Below are positions 20,238 to 30,874 of a DNA stretch of 42,528 nucleotides, one piece after another (position 1 is the stretch's first letter; each line of letters begins with the position of its first letter). Under the pieces are notes generated by a model that ran no database searches, was not told the origin of the DNA, and was given only the letters and a program-made list of their open reading frames with translations. This DNA is from Arcobacter sp. GTDB lineage: Bacteria > Campylobacterota > Campylobacteria > Campylobacterales > Arcobacteraceae. The translations under genes were made by a program, and so were the position numbers. The stretch lies in NCBI GenBank assembly GCA_965662175.1, contig CBFIGT010000008.1, positions 1-42,528 on the forward strand, written 5' to 3'.

Positions 20238-21739
20238 TGACTGAATTTTTATATCTAGTACCCCTAATTGTAGTACTTATAGGTGCTTTAGTATTAATGT
20301 TAATGAGTATGTATGAAAAGTTTACTATAAAACATTTTATAACAACTACATCAATATTTTTACTTATTGCATTAGGTTTCTCTTTATCAGATTTTGGTGA
20401 TTTATTTACAGCTAAACCATTTAATGATCTGTTTAACAATGTTTTAATTTTTGATACATACTCAAACTTTTTCCATGTATTGCTAATATTTGGTACACTT
20501 TTAGTTGTACTAATTGGTGAACACTATTTTCAAGAGCACTCATATTTTAAAGGTGAGTTCTTCTCTGTTTTAATGTTTGCTTTATTTGGAATGATGTTAT
20601 TAGCAAATGCTAATGAGCTAATTGCTGCATATATCTCTTTAGAGATAGCTTCATTTGCTGTATATATATTAGTTGGTTTCCATAGTGAAGATAGTAAAAG
20701 AGTTGAAGCAATCTTTAAATACTTGGTTTTAGGTTCTTTTATTGGTGGTTTCTTCTTACTTGGTACTGTTTTAATTTATGGCGTAAGTGGAACTACAAAC
20801 TTAAGTGAAATCTCAACATTTATAACAGCAAATAGTGGTGCTGATTTAAATCTAATGTATATTGGTTTAACACTTCTATTATTTACATTTCTTTTCAAAA
20901 TTGCAGCATTCCCATTCCAATCTTGGGTTTTAGATGTTTATAGAGGTGCTCCAATGCTAGTTACAGCATATATGGCATCAACATTTAAAATTGCAATTTT
21001 CTCACTATTCTTAAGAGCTTTTGTTCAAGATTTTACAAATATTATTAATTTTTGGGACCCTATTTTATATACTCTAACAATAGTAACATTAGCTTATGGA
21101 ACATGGTTAGCGATTACACAAAAAATTATTAAAAAAATGTTAGCAGCATCATCAATTGTTCATACAGGATATTTATTATTAGCATTTATTTCACTTGGAC
21201 AAAATATTGATAGTGCTTATGCTATTATGTTCTATTTAATTGCGTATTTATTAACAGCAATTGGAGCATTTGGACTTATTTCACATATTATTTCTGAAAC
21301 AAAAGTAAGAGTAACTTATGATGATTTCAAAGGTTTAGCACATGAAAGACCATTTTTAGCTGCAATGATGACAATTTTCTTATTTTCACTTGCAGGAATT
21401 CCATCAACAATTGGATTTATTGGTAAATTTTATGTATTCACAGAAGCTATTAACGCTGGATATGTTACATTAGCAATTGTTGCAATTATTGCAACTATTG
21501 TTTCAGTATATTATTATTTTAGACTTATTGCAATGATGTACTTCTATCCAACTAATGCAGCTTGCTCTAGTGAGGGATTTAATGATAAAAGAATTTCTAC
21601 ATATGTAGTTGCTTTTTTAGCTGGTCTTGTAGTATGGGGAGGGGTTGGTTCTGCAATCGTTTTCTTTATTCCTGCACCAAATATAGATGCAATAATTGAC
21701 ATTTCTAAGCTTGCTATTGAATCACTGTTTCTAAAGTAA
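20237..21739 (+). CDS. nuoN: NADH-quinone oxidoreductase subunit N
   Basis: [34 protein letters not shown]. Confidence 0.95.
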   Translation: MTEFLYLVPLIVVLIGALVLMLMSMYEKFTIKHFITTTSIFLLIALGFSLSDFGDLFTAKPFNDLFNNVLIFDTYSNFFHVLLIFGTLLVVLIGEHYFQEHSYFKGEFFSVLMFALFGMMLLANANELIAAYISLEIASFAVYILVGFHSEDSKRVEAIFKYLVLGSFIGGFFLLGTVLIYGVSGTTNLSEISTFITANSGADLNLMYIGLTLLLFTFLFKIAAFPFQSWVLDVYRGAPMLVTAYMASTFKIAIFSLFLRAFVQDFTNIINFWDPILYTLTIVTLAYGTWLAITQKIIKKMLAASSIVHTGYLLLAFISLGQNIDSAYAIMFYLIAYLLTAIGAFGLISHIISETKVRVTYDDFKGLAHERPFLAAMMTIFLFSLAGIPSTIGFIGKFYVFTEAINAGYVTLAIVAIIATIVSVYYYFRLIAMMYFYPTNAACSSEGFNDKRISTYVVAFLAGLVVWGGVGSAIVFFIPAPNIDAIIDISKLAIESLFLK

Positions 21740-21796
21740 ACACTTGAAAATATTTGTAACTAAATATTTTTACAAATATTTTTAATAAGCTCCCAT

Positions 21797-21827
21797 AAAA
21801 AAAGCCCGCTCCATGGGCTTTTTTTTT
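21797..21827. terminator. Intrinsic terminator (probably bidirectional) after nuoN
   Basis: AAAAAAAGCCC-gctccat-GGGCTTTTTTTTT. Confidence 0.8.
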
Positions 21828-21904
21828 ATCTATGTACAAATTTTGTACAAAAATTATACACTATTACTACATTAATTTAATATAGAATACAAGAGAATCT
21901 TCGC

Positions 21905-21910
21905 TATAAT
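21905..21910 (+). promoter_or_regulatory. Putative sigma70 -10 box of frdCAB
   Basis: Perfect TATAAT about 75 bp upstream of the frdC ATG; AAAGGA RBS at about 21974. Confidence 0.5.
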
Positions 21911-21985
21911 TACGCTATGTTTTTCGAGAAAAATATTTAATATAGTTAAATATTACACCAATAAATCACACAGAAAGGATGTCAA

Positions 21986-22771
21986 ATGAGTGACCTAATA
22001 GAAGGTTATTTAGGTAAGACTGTAGAGAGAAAAAAGAGTAGAACACCGGCAAAACTTGATTATATTCAAAGTGCAACTGGATTGTTTTTAGGTCTATTTA
22101 TGTGGGGACATATGTTATTAGTATCGTCTATTTTAATTAGTGAAGAGTTTATGTACAATGTTACTAAATTCTTAGAAGCTAGTTTTATTATTGATGGTGG
22201 TAGTCCTATATTAGTTTCTATTGTTGCTTTTGTTGTTTTTGTTATTTTTATTACGCATGCTGCAATGGGTATGAGAAAACTACCTGGTAACTTTAAACAG
22301 TATCAAGTAATGAAAGCTCATGCTGATAATATGGGTCACGAAGATACAAAGTTATGGTTTATTCAAGCATTCACAGGTTTTGCAATGTTCTTCTTAGGTT
22401 CAATTCACCTTTACATCATTATGACAAATTCTGATGCAATTGGTCCATATGCAAGTGCTGAGAGAGTTTGGTCTGAGTGGATGTGGCCTTTATATATCCT
22501 TTTATTATTAGCTGTTGAGTTCCATGGTACAATTGGTTTATATAGACTTGCTGTTAAATGGGGATGGTTTGATGGTAATGATCCAAAAGCTGCAAGAAAA
22601 AAATTAAAAACTTATAAAAAAGCTTTAACTTATTTCTTCTTAATTTTAGGATTTGCTACACTAGCTGCTTATATGAAAATTGGATACGAAAATGCAGATC
22701 AACCTGGTAAAAGATATCAGCCAACTGCACAAGTTATTGAATACAAAATAAATAATGGGAGAGTTGCATAA
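21986..22771 (+). CDS. frdC: Quinol:fumarate reductase diheme cytochrome b subunit (Wolinella type)
   Basis: [16 protein letters not shown]; four heme-ligand His; VEFHG retains the E-pathway Glu; [10 protein letters not shown]. Confidence 0.95.
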   Translation: MSDLIEGYLGKTVERKKSRTPAKLDYIQSATGLFLGLFMWGHMLLVSSILISEEFMYNVTKFLEASFIIDGGSPILVSIVAFVVFVIFITHAAMGMRKLPGNFKQYQVMKAHADNMGHEDTKLWFIQAFTGFAMFFLGSIHLYIIMTNSDAIGPYASAERVWSEWMWPLYILLLLAVEFHGTIGLYRLAVKWGWFDGNDPKAARKKLKTYKKALTYFFLILGFATLAAYMKIGYENADQPGKRYQPTAQVIEYKINNGRVA

Positions 22772-24756
22772 TGAAAATTAATTATTGTGATGCATTAGTT
22801 ATTGGTGGAGGATTAGCTGGACTTAGAGCTGCAGTTGCTGCACAGAAAAAAGGTTTAAGTACAACAGTATTATCTTTAGTTCCTGTTAAAAGATCACACA
22901 GTGCTGCTGCTCAAGGTGGTATGCAAGCTAGTTTAGGTAACTCTAAAATGTCAGATGGTGATAATGAAGATTTACACTTTGCTGATACTGTAAAAGGAAG
23001 CGACTGGGGATGTGACCAAGAAGTTGCAAGAATGTTCGTACATACAGCACCAAAAGCTATTAGAGAGTTAGCTGGTTGGGGTGTGCCTTGGTCTAGAGTT
23101 AGAGCAGGTGATAGAGAAGCTGTTATTAATGCTAAAAAAACAACTATTACAGAAGATGAAGATAGACATGGATTAATTACATCAAGAGATTTTGGTGGAA
23201 CTAAAAAATGGAGAACATGTTATACAGCTGATGCAACTGGACATACTATGTTATTTGGTGTGGCAAATGAAGCATTAAGACATGACGTTGATATTAGAGA
23301 TAGAAAAGAAGCATTATCACTTATTCATGAAGATGGAAGATGTTATGGTGCTATTGTTAGAGATTTAATTACAGGTGAATTAGAAGCTTATGTTGCAAAA
23401 GGTACATGTATCGCAACAGGTGGATATGGAAGAGTATTTAGACAAACTACTAATGCCGTAATTTGTGAGGGTATTGGTGCTGCACTTGCACTTGAAACAG
23501 GAATTGCAACTTTAGGAAATATGGAAGCTGTACAATTTCACCCAACTCCAATCGTACCATCAGGGATATTACTAACTGAGGGTTGTAGAGGTGATGGTGG
23601 AATCTTAAGAGATGTTGATGGTCACAGATTTATGCCTGATTATGAGCCTGAGAAAAAAGAGCTAGCTTCAAGAGACGTTGTTTCAAGAAGAATGATTGAA
23701 CATATTAGAAATGGTAAAGGTGTACCATCACCTTATGGTTACCATGTATGGTTAGATATCTCTATTCTTGGTCGTGAGCATATTGAAAGAAACTTAAGAG
23801 ATGTACAAGAAATTTGTCAAATCTTTAATGGTATTGATCCAGCTGATGAAGGTCCAAAAGGTTGGGCTCCAGTTTTACCAATGCAACACTACTCAATGGG
23901 TGGAATTAGAACAAAACCAACAGGTGAATCACAAAAACTAGCTGGTCTTTTTGCATGTGGTGAAGCTTCATGTTGGGATATGCATGGGTTTAATAGACTT
24001 GGAGGAAACTCAGTTTCTGAAACAGTTGTAGCAGGTATGATTATTGGTAACTACTTTGCTGATTATTGTTTAGAAAATGATGTAAATATTCCAACTAAAA
24101 CAGTTCAAAGATTTTTAGATGAGCAAGACTCATACTTAAATGAAATTCTATCTTATAATGGAAATGAAGATATTTTCAAAATTAAAAATAGAATGCAAAA
24201 CTTAATGGATGAAAAAGTTGGTATCTTTAGGGATGGTGAAAACTTATCAGCTGCTGTTGATGAATTAAAAGAGTTATTACAAAAAACTAGACAAATCAAT
24301 GTAAAATCTAAAGAAAGAGCTGGAAACCCAGAACTTGAAGAAGCTTATAGAGTTCCAAGAATGTTAAAAGTAGCACTTTGTGTTGCTAAAGGTGCACGTG
24401 AGCGAACAGAATCTAGAGGTGCACACTATAGAGAAGACTTCTTAAAAAGAGATGATGCAAATTGGTTAAATAGAACATTAACTTCTTGGCCATCAAAAGA
24501 TGCTTTAGAGCCTGAAATCACTTATGAGCCATTAGATATTATGACTATGGAAATGCCTCCAGCATTTAGAGGTTATGGTGCTAAGGGTATGATTATAGAG
24601 AATGATTTATCAGCTAAAAGACAAGAAGAAGTTGATTCTATTACTGAAAAAATGCAAGCTGAGGGTAAAGATAGACATGAGATTCAAGATGCACTTATGC
24701 CATTTAATTTACCTATGAATTATAAAGAGAAAAATGAAAGAGCAGGAGACAAGTAA
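22771..24756 (+). CDS. frdA: Fumarate reductase flavoprotein subunit
   Basis: [16 protein letters not shown] (covalent FAD His), [34 protein letters not shown]. Confidence 0.97.
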   Translation: MKINYCDALVIGGGLAGLRAAVAAQKKGLSTTVLSLVPVKRSHSAAAQGGMQASLGNSKMSDGDNEDLHFADTVKGSDWGCDQEVARMFVHTAPKAIRELAGWGVPWSRVRAGDREAVINAKKTTITEDEDRHGLITSRDFGGTKKWRTCYTADATGHTMLFGVANEALRHDVDIRDRKEALSLIHEDGRCYGAIVRDLITGELEAYVAKGTCIATGGYGRVFRQTTNAVICEGIGAALALETGIATLGNMEAVQFHPTPIVPSGILLTEGCRGDGGILRDVDGHRFMPDYEPEKKELASRDVVSRRMIEHIRNGKGVPSPYGYHVWLDISILGREHIERNLRDVQEICQIFNGIDPADEGPKGWAPVLPMQHYSMGGIRTKPTGESQKLAGLFACGEASCWDMHGFNRLGGNSVSETVVAGMIIGNYFADYCLENDVNIPTKTVQRFLDEQDSYLNEILSYNGNEDIFKIKNRMQNLMDEKVGIFRDGENLSAAVDELKELLQKTRQINVKSKERAGNPELEEAYRVPRMLKVALCVAKGARERTESRGAHYREDFLKRDDANWLNRTLTSWPSKDALEPEITYEPLDIMTMEMPPAFRGYGAKGMIIENDLSAKRQEEVDSITEKMQAEGKDRHEIQDALMPFNLPMNYKEKNERAGDK

Positions 24757-25487
24757 TGAGTACACAAAAAGGTAGAGAAGTTACAATTAAAGTACTTAAA
24801 TTCAATCCAAAAAGTAAGGTTTCTAAACCTCACTATGTGGAGTATAAATTAGAAGAGACTCCAGGAATGACTCTTTTTATTGCTTTAATGAAAATCAGAG
24901 AAGAGATTGATCCAGATTTATCTTTTGACTTCGTTTGTCGTGCAGGTATTTGTGGTTCTTGTGGTATGGTTGTTAATGGAAAACCAAGCTTAGCTTGTAG
25001 AACATTAATTGCTAATTACCCTGAGGGAAAAATCACTCTTTTACCAATGCCAGCATTTGAATTAATCAAAGATTTATCAGTTAATACAGGTAAATGGATG
25101 GATAATATGTCTAAAAGAGTTGAATCATGGATTCATACTAATGAAGAGCCTGATATTACAAAAATGGAAGAGAGAGTTGATCCAGATGTTGCTGATCAAA
25201 CATTTGAATTAGATAGATGTATTGAGTGTGGAATTTGTGTTGCTTCTTGTGGAACAATGCTTATGAGACCAGATTTTGTTGGACCTGTTGGATTAAACAG
25301 AGTTGCAAGATTTGAAGTTGACCCACATGATAATAGAACAGCTGATGATTTTTATGAATTAATCGGTGATGATGATGGAATTTTTGGTTGTATGTCATTA
25401 ATGGCATGTGAAGACCACTGTCCAAAACACTTACCATTACAAAATAAAATAGCTTATTTAAGAAGAAAACTAGTATCACTTAGATAA
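24756..25487 (+). CDS. frdB: Fumarate reductase iron-sulfur subunit
   Basis: CRAGICGSC...LAC, CIECGIC...[13 protein letters not shown]. Confidence 0.97.
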   Translation: MSTQKGREVTIKVLKFNPKSKVSKPHYVEYKLEETPGMTLFIALMKIREEIDPDLSFDFVCRAGICGSCGMVVNGKPSLACRTLIANYPEGKITLLPMPAFELIKDLSVNTGKWMDNMSKRVESWIHTNEEPDITKMEERVDPDVADQTFELDRCIECGICVASCGTMLMRPDFVGPVGLNRVARFEVDPHDNRTADDFYELIGDDDGIFGCMSLMACEDHCPKHLPLQNKIAYLRRKLVSLR

Positions 25488-25558
25488 TTATATGAGAGCT
25501 TAGCTCTCATATAAAAAAGTATAAAAAGTTAATTATCCAATTGGATAATTAACTTTTT
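25488..25558. terminator. Tandem hairpins after frdB (probable terminator)
   Basis: TTATATGAGAGCT-T-AGCTCTCATATAA (25488-25514) and a perfect 36-bp palindrome AAAAAGTTAATTATCCAATTGGATAATTAACTTTTT (25523-25558). Confidence 0.65.
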
Positions 25559-25657
25559 GTATTTTAGCACTATAAAATTAATTTAAAAATTTAATTTTTT
25601 TTTTAGTCTTTACAAAAAAATGATTTCAAAACTACAAAAACCTTCCTAGGAGAATAT

Positions 25658-27997
25658 ATGTCATTAGTAAACGACTACTTCTTACTCTATCACGGTAAAC
25701 ACTGTGAGCAAACAAACAGTTATGGAACTGAAAACTACAAAAATAGAGATGAATTTTTTGAAGTTGCAGCTTTAGTATTAGCACCTACAAGAAAAGATTA
25801 TGAAAAGTATATTGGATTAGCTAGCTTTAAAAAAATAATTGCTCACATAACAAATAAAGAGGTTAAATCATTAGATGATTTAAATCAACTACAGTACTGT
25901 TTAATCGATACCATACAAAATGATACAAAAAACTGCCAAATAGAAAAACTTCACGAAAGTTTAGAGTATTTAAAAAATGAGAATATATTAGACTCATCAA
26001 ATTTTAATAAATTAATATCACTTTTTGACCCACAAGAGTTAGGTCTTTGTGATGAATCAATTGCTAGACAAGAGGAGTTAACAATTGATGAGGATAAATC
26101 ATTTAAAGAGTTAAAAATTGATTTAGAAAATCTAATAGTTGAATTAAAAGAGACTTTTAAATCACCTGAATATATAGAAGAGTTAGAAGAAACAAAAAAC
26201 TATTTAGAAAACCAAAAATTCTCTATTGGAATTACAGGTGTAATGAATGCAGGTAAATCAACTATGCTAAATGCACTTATGGGCCAAGAAATTCTTGGAA
26301 GTGCTGTAGTTCCAGAAACTGCAAACTTAACAATTGTAAAACATGGAACTCCTGAAGCAAAAGTATTTTATTGGAATAAACAAGAGTGGGGAAGAATTGA
26401 ATCATCAGCTTTAGAGTTAGATTCTATGAAAGAGTATATAAAAGAGACCAAAAAAGTTTTTGGAGATAATCTTGATGAATATATTCAAGAAGAATCAGTT
26501 AGTCAAAAAGTTGATATAAATAATCTAGCAGCTTATACATCAGCAGAAGCTAGTGGAAAAAAATGTAATTTAGTTAAATATGTGGAGCTAAAATCTGATT
26601 TAAAATTCTTAGCTGATGGTATTGAAATAGTTGATACTCCAGGACTTGATGACCCTGTTATTCAAAGGGAAGAGATAACTAAAGAGTATTTAGCACAGTG
26701 TGATTTGATGTTACATTTAATGAATGTATCTCAAAGTGCAACACTAAAAGATGTTGAGTTTATAATTGATGCCCTACTCTATCAAAATGTTACAAAACTT
26801 TTAATTGTAATCACAAGAGCAGATACTGTTACAAAAGAGCAATTACAAGAGGTAATTAACTATACAAAAACATCAATTGAAGCTCAATTAAAATCACAAA
26901 ATAAAGATAGCCAATTAGATTATATACTAAGAAATATCAAGTTTATTCCAATATCTGGGAAAATGGCTTTATACCATAGAACAGGAAGAGCACAAGAGGC
27001 TATTGATGCTGGATTTAATATTGAAGATACAGGTATTTTGGATATTGAAGAGTATTTAAGTGAAACACTTTTTGGAAAAGATTCATCAAAAAGTGAACTA
27101 ATAGTAAAAGGTGTTAAAACAAAACTTAGAAAAAGTGTAGAAAAAGAGTTAAAATCTTTTAACTATGATTTAATACTACTAAGTAAATCAAAAGAGGAAT
27201 TAGAGTCTGATTTAAAAGATTTTTCAAAGAAAAAAGCTACAAATGAGTCTATTTTTGAAGCAATGGAAGAGGATATAGCTGTTTACAAAAATGATGCAAA
27301 AGCTTATATTCAAACCCTAGAAACATTTTTAGTAACAGAACTTTTAGATTTACAAGGAATTATAAAACAAAGGGTTTTTTCTGATGTAAAATACTCCTTT
27401 GAAAAAACAAAAAAAAGACCTGAATCAAAAAGAATTAGAGCCATAGTTGAAACAGCAATAAAAGATGGAATTGTTGATGTTATTAGGGATTATAGATATA
27501 AATTTATTAAAAAATCACAAAGTATAGGTGAAGTTTTTGAGCAAAAATATCAAGATTTAGGTTTTACAATTGGACACAAAAACGAAAACTTTGATGCAAG
27601 AGGATTTTTCCAAAATGATTTTAAATCAGGTTTTTTAACAGCATCAAATGAGATTTTAATTACTAAGATAGTAAATGAAGTTTCAAAATCAAAAGAGAGT
27701 AAACTAAATGAATTAAGTTTAAATATTGTTAATTTTATACAAGAGGAGTTTACTCCTATTGAAAATAGTATTAAAGAGAAAGCTCAAAAAGTATCGCAAG
27801 TTTTAGTGGACAATTTTTTCGATGAAATAGCCGAACCCTTAAAAGTTTTTGAAAAGAAATTAAAAAAAGATGAAGAAACACTTCAAAATAGAATTGCTAC
27901 ATTTGAGGATAATGAGTCTAAAAAAGATGAATTAACAATAGAAATCCACAAAAAAATCAAACGACTTGATTCAATAAATAAGGAGCTTAAATCATGA
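25658..27997 (+). CDS. Bacterial dynamin-like GTPase 1 (Cj0411/DLP1-like)
   Basis: G1 GVMNAGKST, G2 VPET, G3 DTPG, G4 TRAD; long helical C-terminus. Confidence 0.85.
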   Translation: MSLVNDYFLLYHGKHCEQTNSYGTENYKNRDEFFEVAALVLAPTRKDYEKYIGLASFKKIIAHITNKEVKSLDDLNQLQYCLIDTIQNDTKNCQIEKLHESLEYLKNENILDSSNFNKLISLFDPQELGLCDESIARQEELTIDEDKSFKELKIDLENLIVELKETFKSPEYIEELEETKNYLENQKFSIGITGVMNAGKSTMLNALMGQEILGSAVVPETANLTIVKHGTPEAKVFYWNKQEWGRIESSALELDSMKEYIKETKKVFGDNLDEYIQEESVSQKVDINNLAAYTSAEASGKKCNLVKYVELKSDLKFLADGIEIVDTPGLDDPVIQREEITKEYLAQCDLMLHLMNVSQSATLKDVEFIIDALLYQNVTKLLIVITRADTVTKEQLQEVINYTKTSIEAQLKSQNKDSQLDYILRNIKFIPISGKMALYHRTGRAQEAIDAGFNIEDTGILDIEEYLSETLFGKDSSKSELIVKGVKTKLRKSVEKELKSFNYDLILLSKSKEELESDLKDFSKKKATNESIFEAMEEDIAVYKNDAKAYIQTLETFLVTELLDLQGIIKQRVFSDVKYSFEKTKKRPESKRIRAIVETAIKDGIVDVIRDYRYKFIKKSQSIGEVFEQKYQDLGFTIGHKNENFDARGFFQNDFKSGFLTASNEILITKIVNEVSKSKESKLNELSLNIVNFIQEEFTPIENSIKEKAQKVSQVLVDNFFDEIAEPLKVFEKKLKKDEETLQNRIATFEDNESKKDELTIEIHKKIKRLDSINKELKS

Positions 27998-30009
27998 GTA
28001 TTTTAAGTAGCTTTGTACAAGAGTATGCTGATAAGTTCTTCGAAAAAGAAGAGGTTTTTGAAACAGGTTTAGTGGGTGATATTAAAAAAGCTAGGGCAAA
28101 ACTTTTAGATGAAAAATTTCAACCCTCAATTCAACTTCAGAATATTTTAGATAAACAAATTAGAAGAGCTAGATACCCAATGGAAGTTGCAATTACAGGA
28201 CAATTTTCATCAGGTAAATCAACATTTTTAAATGCAATATTATCTAAAAATATTTTACCAACAGGAATTACTCCTGTTACCTCAAAAGTTAATTTTATTA
28301 ATTATGGTGAAGAGTATAAACTAAAAATCACATACTACTCAGGTGCACAAGAGTTTGCACCAATTAGTGCAATATCTGATTTTACTGATCAAAGAAAAAA
28401 TGAGATGAAAAATATAAAATATCTTACTTTATATGCTCCTATGGATATTTTAAAAGAGATTTCATTTGTTGATACACCTGGTTTAAATTCACAATCACAA
28501 AGTGATACTGATACTACAAGAAGAGTATTAAGGGATGTGGGTGGTATTATTTGGTTAACACTAATTGATAATGCAGGTAAACAATCTGAAGCTGAAGTTT
28601 TAGAGGAGTATATGGAACAATTCGCTAGTAAATCACTTTGTGTATTAAACCAAAAAGATAAATTTACAGCTGAACAAATTGAAACAACAACAAACTATGT
28701 TAGTAATAAGTTTTCAAAATATTTTGCTCAAGTTACACCTATTTCTGCAAAAATGGCACTTGAATCTAGGTCTCACCATAAAGAGGTATTAATCCATGAT
28801 GAGTATGAAAAGTTTATAAATGAGTTTAAAAGCAGCCTAAAAGATAATGATGTTGAATCACTAAACTTCTTTGAAGATAAATTTAAAGAGTATAAAGAAA
28901 AAATAAAAAAGATTAATGAAACAGATGCCACAAACAATACAAAACAGCTTGAAGAGTCAAATATTCAACTTGTAATTGATTTTATAGAAAACACAATAAG
29001 ACCCCAAGCTTTAGAATCAAAAGAGTTTACTATTAAAAGAGATTTAAAATCTATTTGTGATATTTTAGTTAGTGAGTATAAAAATATTATTGGTGTTTAT
29101 GATGGATTAATAGAGATTTTAAAGAGTGCTGAAGATGAAATAACAGAAGCCTTTGATACTATTCACAAAAAGTACTCTAAAGAGCTTTTTAGTATATATA
29201 ACTCCCTAGAGTCTATTATGGAAAAAATGGCCCATGAAACCTATAAAAATATCAAAACAGCAAAAGCACATAGATATGAGAATAAATCAGGTTTTTTAAA
29301 TAAAGAAAACTATGCAAAAATTGAATACAATAGCTATTGGATTGATAGTGATAATGTATATAAAAATCTTTTTTATGATGATCAAACTATTGATAAAATG
29401 TTTAAAAAAGCAATAAAAGATTTAAAACAGATTGAACTTAATGCTGATGAATCATTTAGAAATATTTACAGAGTAATTAAAAACAAAGTACATAGATGGC
29501 AAGAACCTTATGAACTTATCAAAAAAAATAGAGATGTAGCTTCTGATGCTGAGTTTTCAACAACAAGACATTTTGCTGCAAAAGTTTATGAAAATGTCTT
29601 AAGGTCATACCATAGAGCAATTTTAGAGAATATCTCAGCTCTAAGAAAAAAGTTTGCTTATTTTAATGGAGCTTTATCATATAGTTATATACAAACAACA
29701 CAAGCTACTATTGCACACTTTGAACAACAAATTACAGAATCAGTTTTATTGTTTGAAAAAGAACCAACAAAATTCTCAGTTTACCATCCAAGAGAGGATG
29801 AAATTCTTACAAAATTAAAAGCAAACTTTGGATTTGAAAAAATAGAAGACTTTTTAACCTCAAAAAGAAACTATTTATTTAAAATTATAAAATACTCAAA
29901 AGAGCAATATTTAGAAATAAATAAAGATAGAATTGAGTTTGTAAGCTCAAGAAAAGAGGAATATATCCAAAAAATAGATGATTTAGAAAAAATCAAAGAG
30001 GAAATTTAA
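27994..30009 (+). CDS. Bacterial dynamin-like GTPase 2 (Cj0412/DLP2-like)
   Basis: G1 GQFSSGKST, G2 TPVT, G3 DTPG, G4 NQKD; ATGA overlap with the upstream paralogue. Confidence 0.85.
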   Translation: MSILSSFVQEYADKFFEKEEVFETGLVGDIKKARAKLLDEKFQPSIQLQNILDKQIRRARYPMEVAITGQFSSGKSTFLNAILSKNILPTGITPVTSKVNFINYGEEYKLKITYYSGAQEFAPISAISDFTDQRKNEMKNIKYLTLYAPMDILKEISFVDTPGLNSQSQSDTDTTRRVLRDVGGIIWLTLIDNAGKQSEAEVLEEYMEQFASKSLCVLNQKDKFTAEQIETTTNYVSNKFSKYFAQVTPISAKMALESRSHHKEVLIHDEYEKFINEFKSSLKDNDVESLNFFEDKFKEYKEKIKKINETDATNNTKQLEESNIQLVIDFIENTIRPQALESKEFTIKRDLKSICDILVSEYKNIIGVYDGLIEILKSAEDEITEAFDTIHKKYSKELFSIYNSLESIMEKMAHETYKNIKTAKAHRYENKSGFLNKENYAKIEYNSYWIDSDNVYKNLFYDDQTIDKMFKKAIKDLKQIELNADESFRNIYRVIKNKVHRWQEPYELIKKNRDVASDAEFSTTRHFAAKVYENVLRSYHRAILENISALRKKFAYFNGALSYSYIQTTQATIAHFEQQITESVLLFEKEPTKFSVYHPREDEILTKLKANFGFEKIEDFLTSKRNYLFKIIKYSKEQYLEINKDRIEFVSSRKEEYIQKIDDLEKIKEEI

Positions 30010-30029
30010 GGATTTTCTCCTTAAATTTC
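30001..30029 (+). terminator. Hairpin overlapping the DLP2 stop codon
   Basis: GAAATTTAAGGA-ttttc-TCCTTAAATTTC, a 12-bp stem. Confidence 0.55.
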
Positions 30030-30059
30030 TAAATTTATGTAAATTTAAGCTAATTACTC

Positions 30060-30088
30060 TTGACAAAACATCTTTTTTTTTATATTAT
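30060..30088 (+). promoter_or_regulatory. sigma70 promoter of the tRNA operon
   Basis: TTGACA (30060-30065), 17-bp spacer, TATTAT (30083-30088), 16 bp before tRNA-Gln. Confidence 0.8.
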
Positions 30089-30104
30089 TTCAGTCCATTT
30101 TGAT

Positions 30105-30179
30105 TGGGGTATCGCCAAGTGGTAAGGCATCGGCTTTTGGTGCCGACATTCGCAGGTTCGAATCCTGCTACCCCATCCA
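30105..30179 (+). tRNA. tRNA-Gln(TTG)
   Basis: Acceptor stem TGGGGTA/TACCCCA; anticodon arm TCGGC-TTTTGGT-GCCGA; GTTCGAATC; encoded CCA. Confidence 0.95.
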
Positions 30180-30191
30180 TTTGGTTTATGT

Positions 30192-30278
30192 GCGAGTGTG
30201 GCGGAATAGGTAGACGCGTGGGACTTAAAATCCCATTCCGGTTTCGGAGTGTGAGTTCGATTCTCACCATTCGCACCA
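30192..30278 (+). tRNA. tRNA-Leu(TAA)
   Basis: GCGAGTG/CATTCGC; TGGGA-CTTAAAA-TCCCA; long variable arm; CCA. Confidence 0.95.
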
Positions 30279-30288
30279 TATAAAATGA

Positions 30289-30365
30289 GCGGGAGTAGCT
30301 CAGTTGGCTAGAGCTTCTGCCTTCCAAGCAGATTGTCGCGAGTTCGAGTCTCGTCTCCCGCTCCA
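30289..30365 (+). tRNA. tRNA-Gly(TCC)
   Basis: GCGGGAG/CTCCCGC; TCTGC-CTTCCAA-GCAGA; T73, CCA. Confidence 0.95.
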
Positions 30366-30383
30366 TTTTTTTTTCAATGTAAT

Positions 30384-30459
30384 GACCCGTTAGCTCAGCT
30401 GGTAGAGCATCTCACTTTTAATGAGGGGGCCAATGGTTCGAATCCATTACGGGTCACCA
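30384..30459 (+). tRNA. tRNA-Lys(TTT)
   Basis: GACCCGT/ACGGGTC; TCTCA-CTTTTAA-TGAGG; CCA. Confidence 0.95.
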
Positions 30460-30477
30460 TTACAAATTTTTATTAAC

Positions 30478-30554
<77 letters not shown>

Positions 30555-30567
30555 AAATAGCCATAGT

Positions 30568-30644
30568 GTCAAGGTAGCTCAGCTGGCTAGAGCGCTGGTC
30601 TCATAAGCCGGAGGTCGAGAGTTCAAGTCTCTCTCTTGACACCA
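30568..30644 (+). tRNA. tRNA with CAT anticodon, probably elongator Met (Ile2 not fully excluded)
   Basis: GTCAAGG/TCTTGAC; CTGGT-CTCATAA-GCCGG; CCA. Confidence 0.88.
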
Positions 30645-30659
30645 TATTTTTAAATGTAC

Positions 30660-30736
30660 GCTGGTGTAGCTCAGTTGGCTAGAGCAGCTGATTTGTAATC
30701 AGCAGGTCGGGGGTTCGACTCCCTTCACCAGCTCCA
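30660..30736 (+). tRNA. tRNA-Thr(TGT)
   Basis: GCTGGTG/CACCAGC; GCTGA-TTTGTAA-TCAGC; CCA. Confidence 0.95.
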
Positions 30737-30874
30737 TTTAAATAAACTAACTATAAACTTAACTACAACTTTAAAATCTTAATTAAAAAAATATTCTAAT
30801 AATAAGTCAAAATAAGTACAATTTTTATATCCTTATGTTATCATTTAACTAATATTTACTTATAAGGGGTTAGT

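Noticed and set aside
680..25479. Short minus-strand ORFs (680, 862, 3715, 7533, 8797, 10040, 12627, 13349, 16538, 20185, 25261)
   Set aside because: All lie antisense to well-conserved genes, with no recognisable motifs; these are shadow ORFs.
30085..30366. 93-aa minus-strand ORF
   Set aside because: It is the antisense reading of tRNA-Gln, -Leu and -Gly, a common false ORF.
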